From positions 9,486 through 73,485 of the forward strand of contig JAJRVY010000060.1 in NCBI GenBank assembly GCA_024277065.1: 64,000 bases of DNA, in the 5' to 3' direction. How positions within the stretch are numbered: the first letter of the stretch is position 1; each line of letters starts with the position of its first letter. A program made the position numbers and the translations under genes. Positions 41,793 through 51,164 of the stretch are shown here, one piece after another. The DNA is from Planctomycetota bacterium (lineage in GTDB: Bacteria; Planctomycetota; JAJSAM01; JAJVHW01). The notes beneath the pieces were generated by a model that saw only the letters and a program-made list of their open reading frames with translations, was not told the DNA's origin and searched no databases.

Positions 41793-42587
41793 ATGGGCGC
41801 CGTCCTTTACCGCGAGGGCGACCTCGCCGGGGCCATCGGGGGGTGGCGTGCCGCACTCGCGCTGGATCCCGCCGACGCCGCGCTGCGCGCGCGCCTCACG
41901 CGCGCGCGCAGCGCGGCGGACGTCGAGGCGACGTTGACGCCGCGGCTCTCGTCGCACTTCGAGGTGCTCCACGACGCGGAGAGCGCGGTCCTGGCCTCCC
42001 TCGTGCTGCGCGAACTCGAGGACGCGTACCGCATCGTGAACGCCGACGTGCAGCATGCGCCCGCCGGACTCGTCAAGGTGGTGCTGCTCTCGACCGAGCA
42101 GTTTCGCGCTACGACGGGTACGAGCACATGGGTCGCCGGCCTCTACGACGGACGCATCCGGCTCCCGGTGAAGGGCCTGAGCGACCGCGCTGCGCTGCTC
42201 GCCAGAGCGCGCCACGAGTATGTCCACGCCGCGCTCGCGCCGCTGGGCAAGCGCGCTCCGTCGTGGTTGCACGAGGGCCTCGCGCAGATCCACGAGGGCC
42301 GCTCCGTGGACGCCGCAGGGCAGCGCGTGGCGCGCGCCGCTGCGGTGCCCTTCGACGGACTCACGCGTAGCTTCGCGGCGACGCAGGCGGCCGCGCACGC
42401 GCGGCTGCAGTACGACACCGCGCTGTCCTTCGTCGGCTGGCTGCGCAGCGGCGAGCGGGGCAGCAGCTTCCGGCTCGCGATGCAGCGGCTGTTCGAGGAT
42501 CACACGCTCGCCGAGGCGTTCGGCGACGCCTACGAGGCCGACCTCCCCGCGCTCTACGGCGTGTTCCAGGCCGCTCGGCGCCGCTGA
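41793..42587 (+). CDS. TPR repeat plus putative HExxH zinc-metallopeptidase-like domain protein (may be the C-terminal part of one protein continuing from 41376)
   Basis: It begins with a canonical TPR (LYREGDLAGAIGGWRAALALDPADAAL). It contains HEYVH...(20 aa)...HEGLAQIHEG, which is HExxH plus a downstream Glu. Confidence 0.5.
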   Translation: MGAVLYREGDLAGAIGGWRAALALDPADAALRARLTRARSAADVEATLTPRLSSHFEVLHDAESAVLASLVLRELEDAYRIVNADVQHAPAGLVKVVLLSTEQFRATTGTSTWVAGLYDGRIRLPVKGLSDRAALLARARHEYVHAALAPLGKRAPSWLHEGLAQIHEGRSVDAAGQRVARAAAVPFDGLTRSFAATQAAAHARLQYDTALSFVGWLRSGERGSSFRLAMQRLFEDHTLAEAFGDAYEADLPALYGVFQAARRR

Positions 42588-42601
42588 GCGCAGCTACGCG
42601 G

Positions 42602-44107
42602 TCACTGCGGTCCGGCGGCGGTGTCCGTTGCGTCCGGCGTATCCGCGTCGCCGCGGGGCGCCTGCTGCGCGAGGGGCTGCGCGGCTGGCGTGCCCTGCCA
42701 GCCGCCGCCGAGTGCGCGGTAGAGGAACACGACGGTCAACAGCTCGTCGCGCACGGCCTGCACCAGCGTGAGCTCGGCGTCGAAGTGGTCACGCTCGCTG
42801 TCGAGTACCTCGAGGTAGCTCGTCACGCCGCCGCGATACCGCTTGCGCGAGAGTTGGGTCTGGTCTCTCAGCGTGAACTCGAAGCGCTCGCGGAATTCGC
42901 GCACCTCACGCGACTTCTCGTGGCCGACGAGCGCATCGGCGACCTCGCGGAACGCACCCCGAATGGTCTGCAGGTAGACCAGCGCGGCCTCGCGCTGCTG
43001 CGATTCGGTGACCTTCACGTTGGCGGCCAGGCGCCCTGCATTGAAGATCGGCAGCGTCAACGAGGGCGTCAGCTCCCAGGTCAGCGAGTCGTGCTCGAAG
43101 AGATCGCTGAGCTTCTCGCTGGCCAGGCCGCCCCTGCCCGTCAACGCGATCGTCGGGTAGAGCAGTGCCTTGGCGGCGCCGATCTGCGCGTTCGTGGCGA
43201 CGAGGCGCTGCTCGGCGATCGCGATGTCGGGCCGCCGCTCGAGCAGTTCGGAAGGCAGCCCCTCGGGTACCGCGATGGATCGCTCCTGCGCGAGGAGCGG
43301 CCGACCGCGCGGCACCGGCCCGGGATCCTCGCCGAGGAGCAGGTGGATCAGGTTCTCGGCCTGCTCTGCGCGTCGCTCGAGGTCGGGGATGATCACCGCG
43401 GCGCTGAGCACGAGGCCTTCCGCCTGGCGCAGTTCGACCTTGTTGGCGACGCCCTGTTCCAGGCGCAGCGACACGAGGCGCAGGGAGCCCTTGCGGGAAT
43501 CCAGCGTGCGCCTTGCGATCTCCAGTTCGGCGTCCAGTTCGATGAGGTTGTAGTAGGCCTCCGCCAGCGACGCGACGACGGACTGCGCCACGGCGCGGCG
43601 CGCGAGGTCGGTCGCCAGGAGCTCGGCGCGCGCGGCCTCGGTGGCGCGCTCGATGCGGCCCCAGAAGTCGATCTCCCAGGCGAGGTCCGCGCCGAGGAAC
43701 GCGAGTTCGTTGTCCTTGTCCACACCCGGTGGCAGGGCTTGCGGGCTGTTCTCCGTGCTGCGCGTGAATTGTCCGCCGCCCGACAGGTTGACGTCCGGGT
43801 ACTTGTCGGCGCGCACGATGGTGAGCCGTGCGCGCGCCGCCAGGACGCGCTCCACCGCGATGCGCACGTCGTAGTTGCCCTCGAGCGCGCGCCCGATCAG
43901 ATCGCGCAGCACAGGGTCCTGGAAGACGGCGGACCACTCGTGATCGCCGAGCGTGCGGTCTCCCGCCGCCGCCTGCGGGGCACCCTCGAGACCGCGGAAG
44001 GCTGCGGGCTCGGTGGTTTCCGGACGCTCGTAGTCGGGGCCGAGGACCGTGCAGGCCGCCGCAGTCAGCGTGACGGCAAGCACGCACACGTGTCGGATGG
44101 GCCGCAT
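42602..44107 (-). CDS. RND efflux outer-membrane factor lipoprotein (NodT/OprM family)
   Basis: The start MRPIRHVCVLAVTLTAAAC gives a lipobox. There are two OEP repeats. Its start overlaps the acrB stop by 1 nt. Confidence 0.85.
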   Translation of the reverse strand: MRPIRHVCVLAVTLTAAACTVLGPDYERPETTEPAAFRGLEGAPQAAAGDRTLGDHEWSAVFQDPVLRDLIGRALEGNYDVRIAVERVLAARARLTIVRADKYPDVNLSGGGQFTRSTENSPQALPPGVDKDNELAFLGADLAWEIDFWGRIERATEAARAELLATDLARRAVAQSVVASLAEAYYNLIELDAELEIARRTLDSRKGSLRLVSLRLEQGVANKVELRQAEGLVLSAAVIIPDLERRAEQAENLIHLLLGEDPGPVPRGRPLLAQERSIAVPEGLPSELLERRPDIAIAEQRLVATNAQIGAAKALLYPTIALTGRGGLASEKLSDLFEHDSLTWELTPSLTLPIFNAGRLAANVKVTESQQREAALVYLQTIRGAFREVADALVGHEKSREVREFRERFEFTLRDQTQLSRKRYRGGVTSYLEVLDSERDHFDAELTLVQAVRDELLTVVFLYRALGGGWQGTPAAQPLAQQAPRGDADTPDATDTAAGPQ

Positions 44108-47100
44108 CACGCCGTGGCCTCCTTGTCCTCGGATTCGCGTTTCGAGCCGAACAGCTTGGTCACGAACCCCTGGAAGATGCGATAGAGCACGGGCGTCACG
44201 AACAGCGTCATGACGGTTCCGGCGAGCATCCCGCCGAACACCGCTGTGCCGAGGGACCGGCGCGACGCCGCCGCGGCGCCGACGGCGATCACGAGCGGGA
44301 CGACGCCGAGCACGAAGGAGAGCGCTGTCATGAGGATGGGGCGGAGTCGTGAGCCGGCGGCCTCGACGACCGCGTCGAGCACGGTCTCTCCCTCCTCGTG
44401 CCGTTGCTTCGCGAACTCGACCACGATGATCGCCGTCTTCGCGGCGAGGCCGATCAGGAGGATGAGCCCGATCTGCACGTAGACGTCGTTGATGTAGTCG
44501 CGTATCCACGCCGCGAAGAACGCGCCGAAGATCGCCACGGGCAGTCCGACGAGGACGGCGAGCGGGATGACCCAGCTCTCGTAGTTCGCCGCGAGGAACA
44601 GGAACACCAGCAGGAAGCCGAGGACGAAGATGGCGGTCTGCGCGCCGCCGGCCTCCTTCTCCTGGTAGGCGATCGTGGTCCACTCGTAGCCCCAGCCCTC
44701 GTCCAGCACCTCCTCTGCGACCTCCTCCATGGCCGCGATCGCCTGCCCCGAGCTGTAGCCCGGTGCGGCGGCTCCCGCGATCTCGCTCACGCGGAACATG
44801 TTGTAGCGGTGGATGAGGTCGGGACCGGTCGCCGCTCCGATGACCGACATCGTGCGCAGTGGCACCATCTTCCCGGAACTCGAGCGTACGTAGATCTGGC
44901 GCAGGTTGTCCGGGTCCATGCGGAACTCGGGTTCGGCCTGGATCATCACCTTGAACGGTCGTCCGAAGAGTGTCAGGTCGTTGACCTGCAGGCCCCCCAG
45001 GTAGATCTGCAAACTCTGGAAGACGTCCGCGATGGAGACGCCGAGCGTCTTGGCCTTCTCACGATCGAGCTCGAAACTGACCTGCGGGACGTCCGCGCGG
45101 AATGCGCTGCTCAGGCCGATGAGTTCGGGGCGCTCGGAAGCGGCCGCGACCATCTCCTGGCCCTTCTGCTGGATCTCGGAGGGCGTTCGCGATCCCGTAC
45201 GGTCTTGCATCTCGAACTGGAATCCGCCGGCGTTGCCGAGGCCGGGGATCGGCGACGGCGAGAACGCCAGACCGAACGCCTCGGGGTACGTGGCGAAGAT
45301 CGCGCGCGTCTCGGCCGTGATGGCCTCGACCTGCAGGTCCGCAGTGGGGCGCTCGTCCCAGTCGTCGAGCAGCAGGACGAAGCTGACGTTGTTGGACGTG
45401 TAGGCGTTGGTCAGCAGGTTCAGGCCGCCCAGCGTGAGCACGTCGGCGACGCCCGGGATCTCCCCGAGTTCCTTCTCGGCGCGCTCGGAGAGCGCCATCG
45501 TGCGCTCCATCGATGCCCCGTCCGGAAGCTGCAGCGTGGCGAAGAGGTAGCCCTGGTCCTCCGCCGGCACGAAGCCCGTGGGCATCGTCTTCAGCAGCGT
45601 GAACGAACCAAAGCCGAGTACACCGAGGATGGCGAGGCCCACGACGACGGTACGCACCAGCACGCGCGTCAGCGCCGTGTAGCCACGCGTCGTGGCGGTC
45701 ATGCCCTTGTCGAAGGTCCGGATGAACCACCCGATGGGGCCTCGCATTTCCGTGCGGGGCCTGAGCAGCAGGCGGCAGAGGGCCGGCGTCAGGCTCATGG
45801 CGACGACGGTCGAGAGCAGGATCGAGACCGAGATCGTCAGTGCGAACTGCCTGTAGAGCTGACCCGTGATGCCGCCCATGAATGCGACGGGAACGAAGAC
45901 GGCGCAGAGTACGAGCGACGATGCGATCAGCACCGACGTGACCTCTTTCATCGTGCGCTGCGTGGCCTCGGTCGGGGAGAGCCCCTTGGCGATGTAGACC
46001 TCGGTGGATTCCACGACGACGATCGCGTCGTCCACGACCGTGCCGATGGCCAGGATGATGCCGAAGAGCGTCAGCATGTTGATGCTGAACCCGAGCACGC
46101 CGAACGCCGCGAACGTCCCGACCAGCGACACGGGGATCGCGATCAGCGGGATCAGCGTGGCCCGGAAGCTCCCGAGGAAGACGAACACGACGATCAGGAC
46201 GAGTCCGAGTGCCTGGAAGAACGTCGTCTTCACCTCGTCGATCGAGGCCGTGATGAACTTCGTGTTGTCGAAGGTGATGTCGTACTCGAGTCCCGGCGGC
46301 ATGCGCGCGCCGAGTTCCTTCATCAGATCCTTGACGCCTTCCGCGGTGGTGAGCGCGTTCGACCCGGGCAACTGGTAGACCATGAGGATCGTCGATGGCG
46401 TGCCGTTGTAGCGGCCGTACGACGTGTAGGACTTGCCCGCGAGTTCGGTCCGCGCGAAGTCCTTCACTCTGAGTTGGGAGCTGTCCGGGAGCGTGCGCAG
46501 GATGATGTTCTCGAACTCCTCCACCGTTTCGAGGCGGCTCTTCGCCGAGATCGAGTACTGGAACGCGACACCGGGCTCAGCCGGTGGCTGCCCGACGGCG
46601 CCGACCGGCAAGAGCACGTTCTGCTCTCGCACGGCGTTTGCGATGTCACCTGCCGTGAGGCCCAGCTTGGTCAACTTGTCCGGCCGCACCCACAGACGCA
46701 TTGCGTAGTCGCGCTGGCCGATCAGGCTGGTGCTCCCGACGCCCGACGTCCGCGTGATGGGATCCACGAGGTTGAGGGAAGCGTAGTTCGAGATGAACGT
46801 CTCGTCGTAGGAGCCGTCCGGCGAGTAGAGCGAGATCACCAGCACGAAGTCCGGCGACTTCTTCTCGACGGAGATGCCGGCGGCGACGGCCTCCGGCGGG
46901 AGATTCGACATCGCCTTGTTCACGCGGTTGTTGATGTCCACGTTGGCGAGGTCGAGGTCCTTGCCGACCTCGAAGCTGCACGTCAGGAGATAGCGGCCGT
47001 CGCTGCTGCTCTTGGACGTGAAGTAGATCATGTCCTCGGCGCCGTTGACCTCGGTCTCGACCGGGGCCGCGATCGCCTCCTCGACCGTCTCGGCGTTCGC

Positions 47101-47253
47101 ACCGGGGTAGTTGATCTCGACCTCGATCGTCGGGGGCGCGATCTGCGGGTACAGCGCGATGGGCAGCGTCGTCATCGACAGCGCACCCGCCAGCAGGATC
47201 ACGATGGAGATGACCATCGCGAAGACCGGCTTCTTGATGAAGAACTCGCCCAC
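44107..47253 (-). CDS. acrB: RND multidrug efflux permease (HAE1 family, AcrB/MexB-like)
   Basis: It is a 1048-aa, 12-TM protein with two large periplasmic loops and conserved AcrB motifs. It has a GTG start. Confidence 0.95.
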   Translation of the reverse strand: MGEFFIKKPVFAMVISIVILLAGALSMTTLPIALYPQIAPPTIEVEINYPGANAETVEEAIAAPVETEVNGAEDMIYFTSKSSSDGRYLLTCSFEVGKDLDLANVDINNRVNKAMSNLPPEAVAAGISVEKKSPDFVLVISLYSPDGSYDETFISNYASLNLVDPITRTSGVGSTSLIGQRDYAMRLWVRPDKLTKLGLTAGDIANAVREQNVLLPVGAVGQPPAEPGVAFQYSISAKSRLETVEEFENIILRTLPDSSQLRVKDFARTELAGKSYTSYGRYNGTPSTILMVYQLPGSNALTTAEGVKDLMKELGARMPPGLEYDITFDNTKFITASIDEVKTTFFQALGLVLIVVFVFLGSFRATLIPLIAIPVSLVGTFAAFGVLGFSINMLTLFGIILAIGTVVDDAIVVVESTEVYIAKGLSPTEATQRTMKEVTSVLIASSLVLCAVFVPVAFMGGITGQLYRQFALTISVSILLSTVVAMSLTPALCRLLLRPRTEMRGPIGWFIRTFDKGMTATTRGYTALTRVLVRTVVVGLAILGVLGFGSFTLLKTMPTGFVPAEDQGYLFATLQLPDGASMERTMALSERAEKELGEIPGVADVLTLGGLNLLTNAYTSNNVSFVLLLDDWDERPTADLQVEAITAETRAIFATYPEAFGLAFSPSPIPGLGNAGGFQFEMQDRTGSRTPSEIQQKGQEMVAAASERPELIGLSSAFRADVPQVSFELDREKAKTLGVSIADVFQSLQIYLGGLQVNDLTLFGRPFKVMIQAEPEFRMDPDNLRQIYVRSSSGKMVPLRTMSVIGAATGPDLIHRYNMFRVSEIAGAAAPGYSSGQAIAAMEEVAEEVLDEGWGYEWTTIAYQEKEAGGAQTAIFVLGFLLVFLFLAANYESWVIPLAVLVGLPVAIFGAFFAAWIRDYINDVYVQIGLILLIGLAAKTAIIVVEFAKQRHEEGETVLDAVVEAAGSRLRPILMTALSFVLGVVPLVIAVGAAAASRRSLGTAVFGGMLAGTVMTLFVTPVLYRIFQGFVTKLFGSKRESEDKEATA

Positions 47254-47255
47254 TC

Positions 47256-48599
47256 CTACTCGTCTCCGCCGGGGTTCGGCTCACCGGCATCGCGTTCCGC
47301 GGATGCCGCCACCTCCGTCGGGACCACCGTGGAGCCCGGCTGCGCCTTCTGCAGGCCCTCGACGATCACCGTCTCGCCGCCGTTCAGGCCCTTCTCCACG
47401 ACGAAGAAACTCTCGTGGCGTTCGGAGACCTGCACCGTCTTGAGGGCGACCTTGTTGCCCTCGCCGACCACGAGGACCGACTTGACGCCCTGCCGCTCGA
47501 TGATGGCCTTCTGCGGCACGAGCACGGCGCCCTCGAACACGCCGACCGTCAGTCGCGCCCGGCCGAACTGGCCGGGCCGGAGTTCGCCGTCCGGGTTGGG
47601 GAACTGGCAGACGAGTTGTAGCGTGCCCGTCTCGACATCGATGGCGCGCTCTGCCGTGACGATCTCTCCGGGGTGTGGGTAGAGGCTGTCGTCGGCCAGG
47701 ACGAGCGACACCTCGACGCGAGTTCTCTCGCCTCGCGCCTCCGTGGCACGGACGAGTCGCAGGTACTCCGCTTCGCTGATGGCGAACGTGCACCACATCG
47801 GATCTACGAGCGAGACCGTCACGAGCCGCGTCGCCTCGCCACGACCGACCAGGTTCCCGACCGACACCTCGGTGCGACCGATCAGTCCGTCGATGGGGGA
47901 CGTGATGGTGCAGTAGGACAGATCGAGCTCCGCGAGCACGAGTGCCGCCTTCGCCTTCTCGCGCTGCGCCTCCGCCATCAGGATGCCGACCGCCTCGGAG
48001 ATCCGCGCGTTCTTGAGGTTCGCCTCCTGCACCAGCACCTCAGCGGCGGCCACCTCGTTCGCGGCGATCGCGGTGTCGAGATCCTGGCGCGGAACGGCGT
48101 CTTCTTCGGCGAGAGGCCGCAGCCTGGCAACGTCCTGCTCGGTCTTGCGCTGCGCGGCCTGGGCCTGCACGAGTCCCGCCTCCGCGGCCCGCACCGTCAC
48201 CTGTTCGCGGGCCAGCTTGACGTCGGCCTCGGCCTGGGCGAGTACCGCGTTGGCGACGTTCACCTCCGCCTCGAACGTACTCTTGTCGAGTTCGTAGAGC
48301 ACCTGCCCTTTCTCGACGGGGCGGCCCTCGTCGAACGTCATGCTCGCGAGAATCGCCTCCACTCGGGCCTGCACGGTGATGGTCTCCTTCGCCTCGGTGC
48401 GGGCGACGAAGTCGCGGATGACCGGCACGTCCGCGGTTCGCACCTCGCTCACGACGACGCTGGCAGGTGGCGGCGCCGGGGGGCTCTCCCTGGCGGCGGC
48501 GTCATCGCCGCCGCAGCCGGCCGTGAGCGCTGCCAGGGCGCACCATGCAAGTGCAAGTGGAATCCGTACACGTCGCAATGCGCGCTCCTGTGTCTGCAT
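47256..48599 (-). CDS. acrA: RND efflux periplasmic adaptor (membrane fusion protein) lipoprotein
   Basis: There is a lipobox (LTAGCGG) and HlyD-like coiled-coil, lipoyl and beta-barrel regions. It ends at TAG. Confidence 0.85.
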   Translation of the reverse strand: MQTQERALRRVRIPLALAWCALAALTAGCGGDDAAARESPPAPPPASVVVSEVRTADVPVIRDFVARTEAKETITVQARVEAILASMTFDEGRPVEKGQVLYELDKSTFEAEVNVANAVLAQAEADVKLAREQVTVRAAEAGLVQAQAAQRKTEQDVARLRPLAEEDAVPRQDLDTAIAANEVAAAEVLVQEANLKNARISEAVGILMAEAQREKAKAALVLAELDLSYCTITSPIDGLIGRTEVSVGNLVGRGEATRLVTVSLVDPMWCTFAISEAEYLRLVRATEARGERTRVEVSLVLADDSLYPHPGEIVTAERAIDVETGTLQLVCQFPNPDGELRPGQFGRARLTVGVFEGAVLVPQKAIIERQGVKSVLVVGEGNKVALKTVQVSERHESFFVVEKGLNGGETVIVEGLQKAQPGSTVVPTEVAASAERDAGEPNPGGDE

Positions 48600-48926
48600 C
48601 TAACGCTTCCTCCGCGGGGGATGTTACCGTCATGGGCGTCGGATCCCGGCCGTTGTCGGCGTGTGACTGCCGTGGGGTAGTGCGTAGAGTAATACCGCGT
48701 GGTCCCGTCGATGGTCAGTTTCGCGCCACGCCGCGCGTTGACCGCAGCGGGCTTTGGGCCTGCATGCGCGCAGAACGTGGCCCCCCGGCGCCGACGTAAG
48801 CCGCCCGTCGGCGAGCCTGGTGGAGTCGCCTGCGCGAGGGAATCGAGAACGCGATGTAACCTTCGACCCTCTCGCGCGACCTTGTATGTGGGGGCGACGG
48901 CGTAGGGGGACCACCCGGGAGTCACC

Positions 48927-49667
48927 ATGTCCGCATCGTCTGCGCCCGCACCGCCGCCCGCCCCCGTGATCTCGTCGCCTGCGCCGGCATTGCACGCCCT
49001 CCAGCCGCTCCCGCGCACCGACCGCCCGCGTGAGCGGCTGCTGCGCTGCGGCGCGGCCGGATTGCGGGACGACGAAGTGCTCGCCGTCGTCCTGGGAACC
49101 GGCGTCCCGGGCGTGCCCGTCGAGCGGCTTGCCGCCGCGCTGATCACAGCGGCCGGAGGGCTCCGGCCGCTCCTGCGCCGCACCCCGGCCGAGCTCTCGG
49201 ATCTTCCCGGGGTCGGCGAGGCCCGCGCCGCGCGACTCCTCGCGTGCGCCGAGGTCGGGCGCCGCAGCGTCGGCGAGACGCTGCGCCGCGGCATCGCCTT
49301 CCGTTCCAGCCGCGACGTCTTCCGTCACTACGCGCCCCGCCTCCGCGATCTGCGCGTCGAGCAGTTCCGTGCCCTTCTGCTCGACGGCAAGCACCGCGTG
49401 CTGCGCGAGGAACTGATCTCCCAGGGCACCCTCACGTCGTCACCTGTGCATCCTCGCGAGGTGTTCGGCCCCGCCATACGGCACGGCGCCGCGGCGCTGG
49501 TGCTCGTCCACAATCACCCGTCGGGGGATCCGACGCCCAGCGCCGACGATCTCGACGTCACGCGGCGCCTGCGCGACGTGGGCGAGTTGGTCGGCATCCG
49601 CATCCTCGACCACGTCATCATCGGTGACGACTCGTTCGCCTCGCTCGCCGATCGCGGGCTGCTCTGA
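48927..49667 (+). CDS. radC: RadC-family JAB/MPN domain protein
   Basis: The N-terminus has RPRERLLRCGAAGLRDDEVLAVVLGTG (HhH region). The JAB motif is ALVLVHNHPSGDPTPSADD. Confidence 0.85.
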   Translation: MSASSAPAPPPAPVISSPAPALHALQPLPRTDRPRERLLRCGAAGLRDDEVLAVVLGTGVPGVPVERLAAALITAAGGLRPLLRRTPAELSDLPGVGEARAARLLACAEVGRRSVGETLRRGIAFRSSRDVFRHYAPRLRDLRVEQFRALLLDGKHRVLREELISQGTLTSSPVHPREVFGPAIRHGAAALVLVHNHPSGDPTPSADDLDVTRRLRDVGELVGIRILDHVIIGDDSFASLADRGLL

Positions 49668-49789
49668 GGCTGACGGGCGAACACGTACCCCGTCGCCTCG
49701 GCGAAGTTCGTTGCAGAAGACGTGACATCCAGTGAAATACCCCGTGTCCGGTGGCGGCAGGCCGCGGCCGGCAGCGACGTGGCAGGCGG

Positions 49790-49918
49790 ATGAGAGACGT
49801 GGAACCGGACTCACAGGACGCGGAGGAGCGGCGAGCCGTGCGCAAGGTCGGCCTCATCCTCGCGATCGTGGTGCTGGTTCTGCTCGCGCTGCCTTTCGCG
49901 TTCGTGCTCTGGCCCTGA
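49790..49918 (+). CDS. possible 42-aa single-TM peptide immediately upstream of the oxidase genes
   Basis: It is an ATG..TGA ORF below the ORF-track size cutoff. It encodes MRDVEPDSQDAEERRAVRKVGLILAIVVLVLLALPFAFVLWP. The call is speculative. Confidence 0.3.
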   Translation: MRDVEPDSQDAEERRAVRKVGLILAIVVLVLLALPFAFVLWP

Positions 49919-49973
49919 GCCGGACTGCGGTGACGAGGGCTGCCGTCCTTCGCGCGGCGGGCGCGGCTCGGAA

Positions 49974-49997
49974 GTGTGTGTGTGCGACGTGTGTGTG
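49974..49997. repeat. GT dinucleotide repeat pair ((GT)5 - cgac - (GT)4g) 8 nt upstream of the ctaE start
   Basis: It was read directly: gtgtgtgtgtgcgacgtgtgtgtg. Confidence 0.5.
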
Positions 49998-50004
49998 ACG
50001 AGAG

Positions 50005-50655
50005 GTGATCGCCGTGGGGACTGCTGCACAAATCGATGTGCTGGGCCAAGAGAAGTTCGGCCTGAAGACGTTCGGCTACACGCCGGGCAAGTTCGGGATG
50101 TGGCTCTTCCTGGCATCGGACGCCATGGGCTTCGTGGGGCTCATCGGCGCGTACATCATCCTGCGCGCGAGCCTTCCCGGTGACGCGTGGGTGCCCACCA
50201 CCGGCTACGGGGCGGGCGGCGCCGAGGGCCTGCCGCAGCTCGCCCCGGTCTTGACGGGCATCAACACGTTCATCCTGATCTGCTCCTCGTTCACGATGGT
50301 TCGCGCGCTGCACGCGATCCAGCGCGGCAACCAGAGCGGTCTCAAGCTCTGGCTCGGCATCACGATCCTCTGCGGCGCGACGTTCCTCGGCATTCAGGTC
50401 TATGAGTACGGCAAGCTCATGAGCGAAGGCCTGCACATGAGCTCGCACCTCTTCGGCGCGACGTTCTTCATGTGTACGGCGTATCACGGCGCCCACGTGC
50501 TCGCCGGCGTGATCTACATGTCGTGCATCTGGGTCGCCGCTGCGCGCGGGCGCTATACGGCGGAGAGCCACAGCCCGGTCGAGCTCGTGGGCCTCTTCTG
50601 GCACTTCGTGGACCTCGTCTGGATCATCCTCTTCACGATCATCTACCTCTTCTAG
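50005..50655 (+). CDS. ctaE: heme-copper (aa3-type) cytochrome c oxidase subunit III
   Basis: It has 5 TM helices and conserved subunit III motifs (...FFMCTAYHGAHVLAGVIYM..., WHFVDLVWIILF). It has a GTG start and ends at TAG. Confidence 0.9.
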   Translation: MIAVGTAAQIDVLGQEKFGLKTFGYTPGKFGMWLFLASDAMGFVGLIGAYIILRASLPGDAWVPTTGYGAGGAEGLPQLAPVLTGINTFILICSSFTMVRALHAIQRGNQSGLKLWLGITILCGATFLGIQVYEYGKLMSEGLHMSSHLFGATFFMCTAYHGAHVLAGVIYMSCIWVAAARGRYTAESHSPVELVGLFWHFVDLVWIILFTIIYLF

Positions 50656-50664
50656 GACCTCCCG

Positions 50665-50997
50665 ATGACGCACGACACCTCCTCCGCGGCCGCCGCGACG
50701 GCGCCCGCAGACCACATGGGCATCTACTGGCGCGTCATCATCACGCTGGCGGTCTTCACGGGCATCGAGTTCGGCATCTCGTTCGCCATCCACGGCGCCG
50801 CCGCGACGGCCTTCATGCTCGGCGTACTCGGCCTCCTCGGTCTCGCGGCATGGAAGGCGGTGCTCGTCGCGCGCTTCTTCATGCACCTCGAGTACGACCC
50901 CGGCATCCTCGCGTTCCTGGCGCTCGTCCCGGGCGTCCTGGGCACGCCACTCATCGCGTTCGGTGTCTACGACGGGATCGCCGGACCCGGGTTCTGA
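50665..50997 (+). CDS. ctaF: prokaryotic cytochrome c oxidase subunit IV (CtaF/COX4_pro-like)
   Basis: There are two TM helices and the motif ARFFMHLEYDP typical of bacterial subunit IV. It is in the same frame as ctaE, 9 nt after its TAG. Confidence 0.7.
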   Translation: MTHDTSSAAAATAPADHMGIYWRVIITLAVFTGIEFGISFAIHGAAATAFMLGVLGLLGLAAWKAVLVARFFMHLEYDPGILAFLALVPGVLGTPLIAFGVYDGIAGPGF

Positions 50998-51164
50998 AGC
51001 GCATCGTCGGTCGCCACGGCGCTCGCCGCGTGCTCGCGCGCCCGGCCGCCGTATCCCCGATGCCGCCCCCGAACGTCCCTGGGTGCGCCGACGGTCGCAA
51101 GGGGACCGCCGGCTCCGGCGTCGCGCGCTCGGGTCGCAGGGTTTGGGACGGTAGGCTCTCCCGG

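Noticed and set aside
50653-50667. Genuine ctaE-ctaF fusion
   Set aside because: Same-frame placement across a short spacer has a 1/3 chance. ctaF has its own ATG and separate III and IV subunits are the norm. It is kept only as a low-interest finding.
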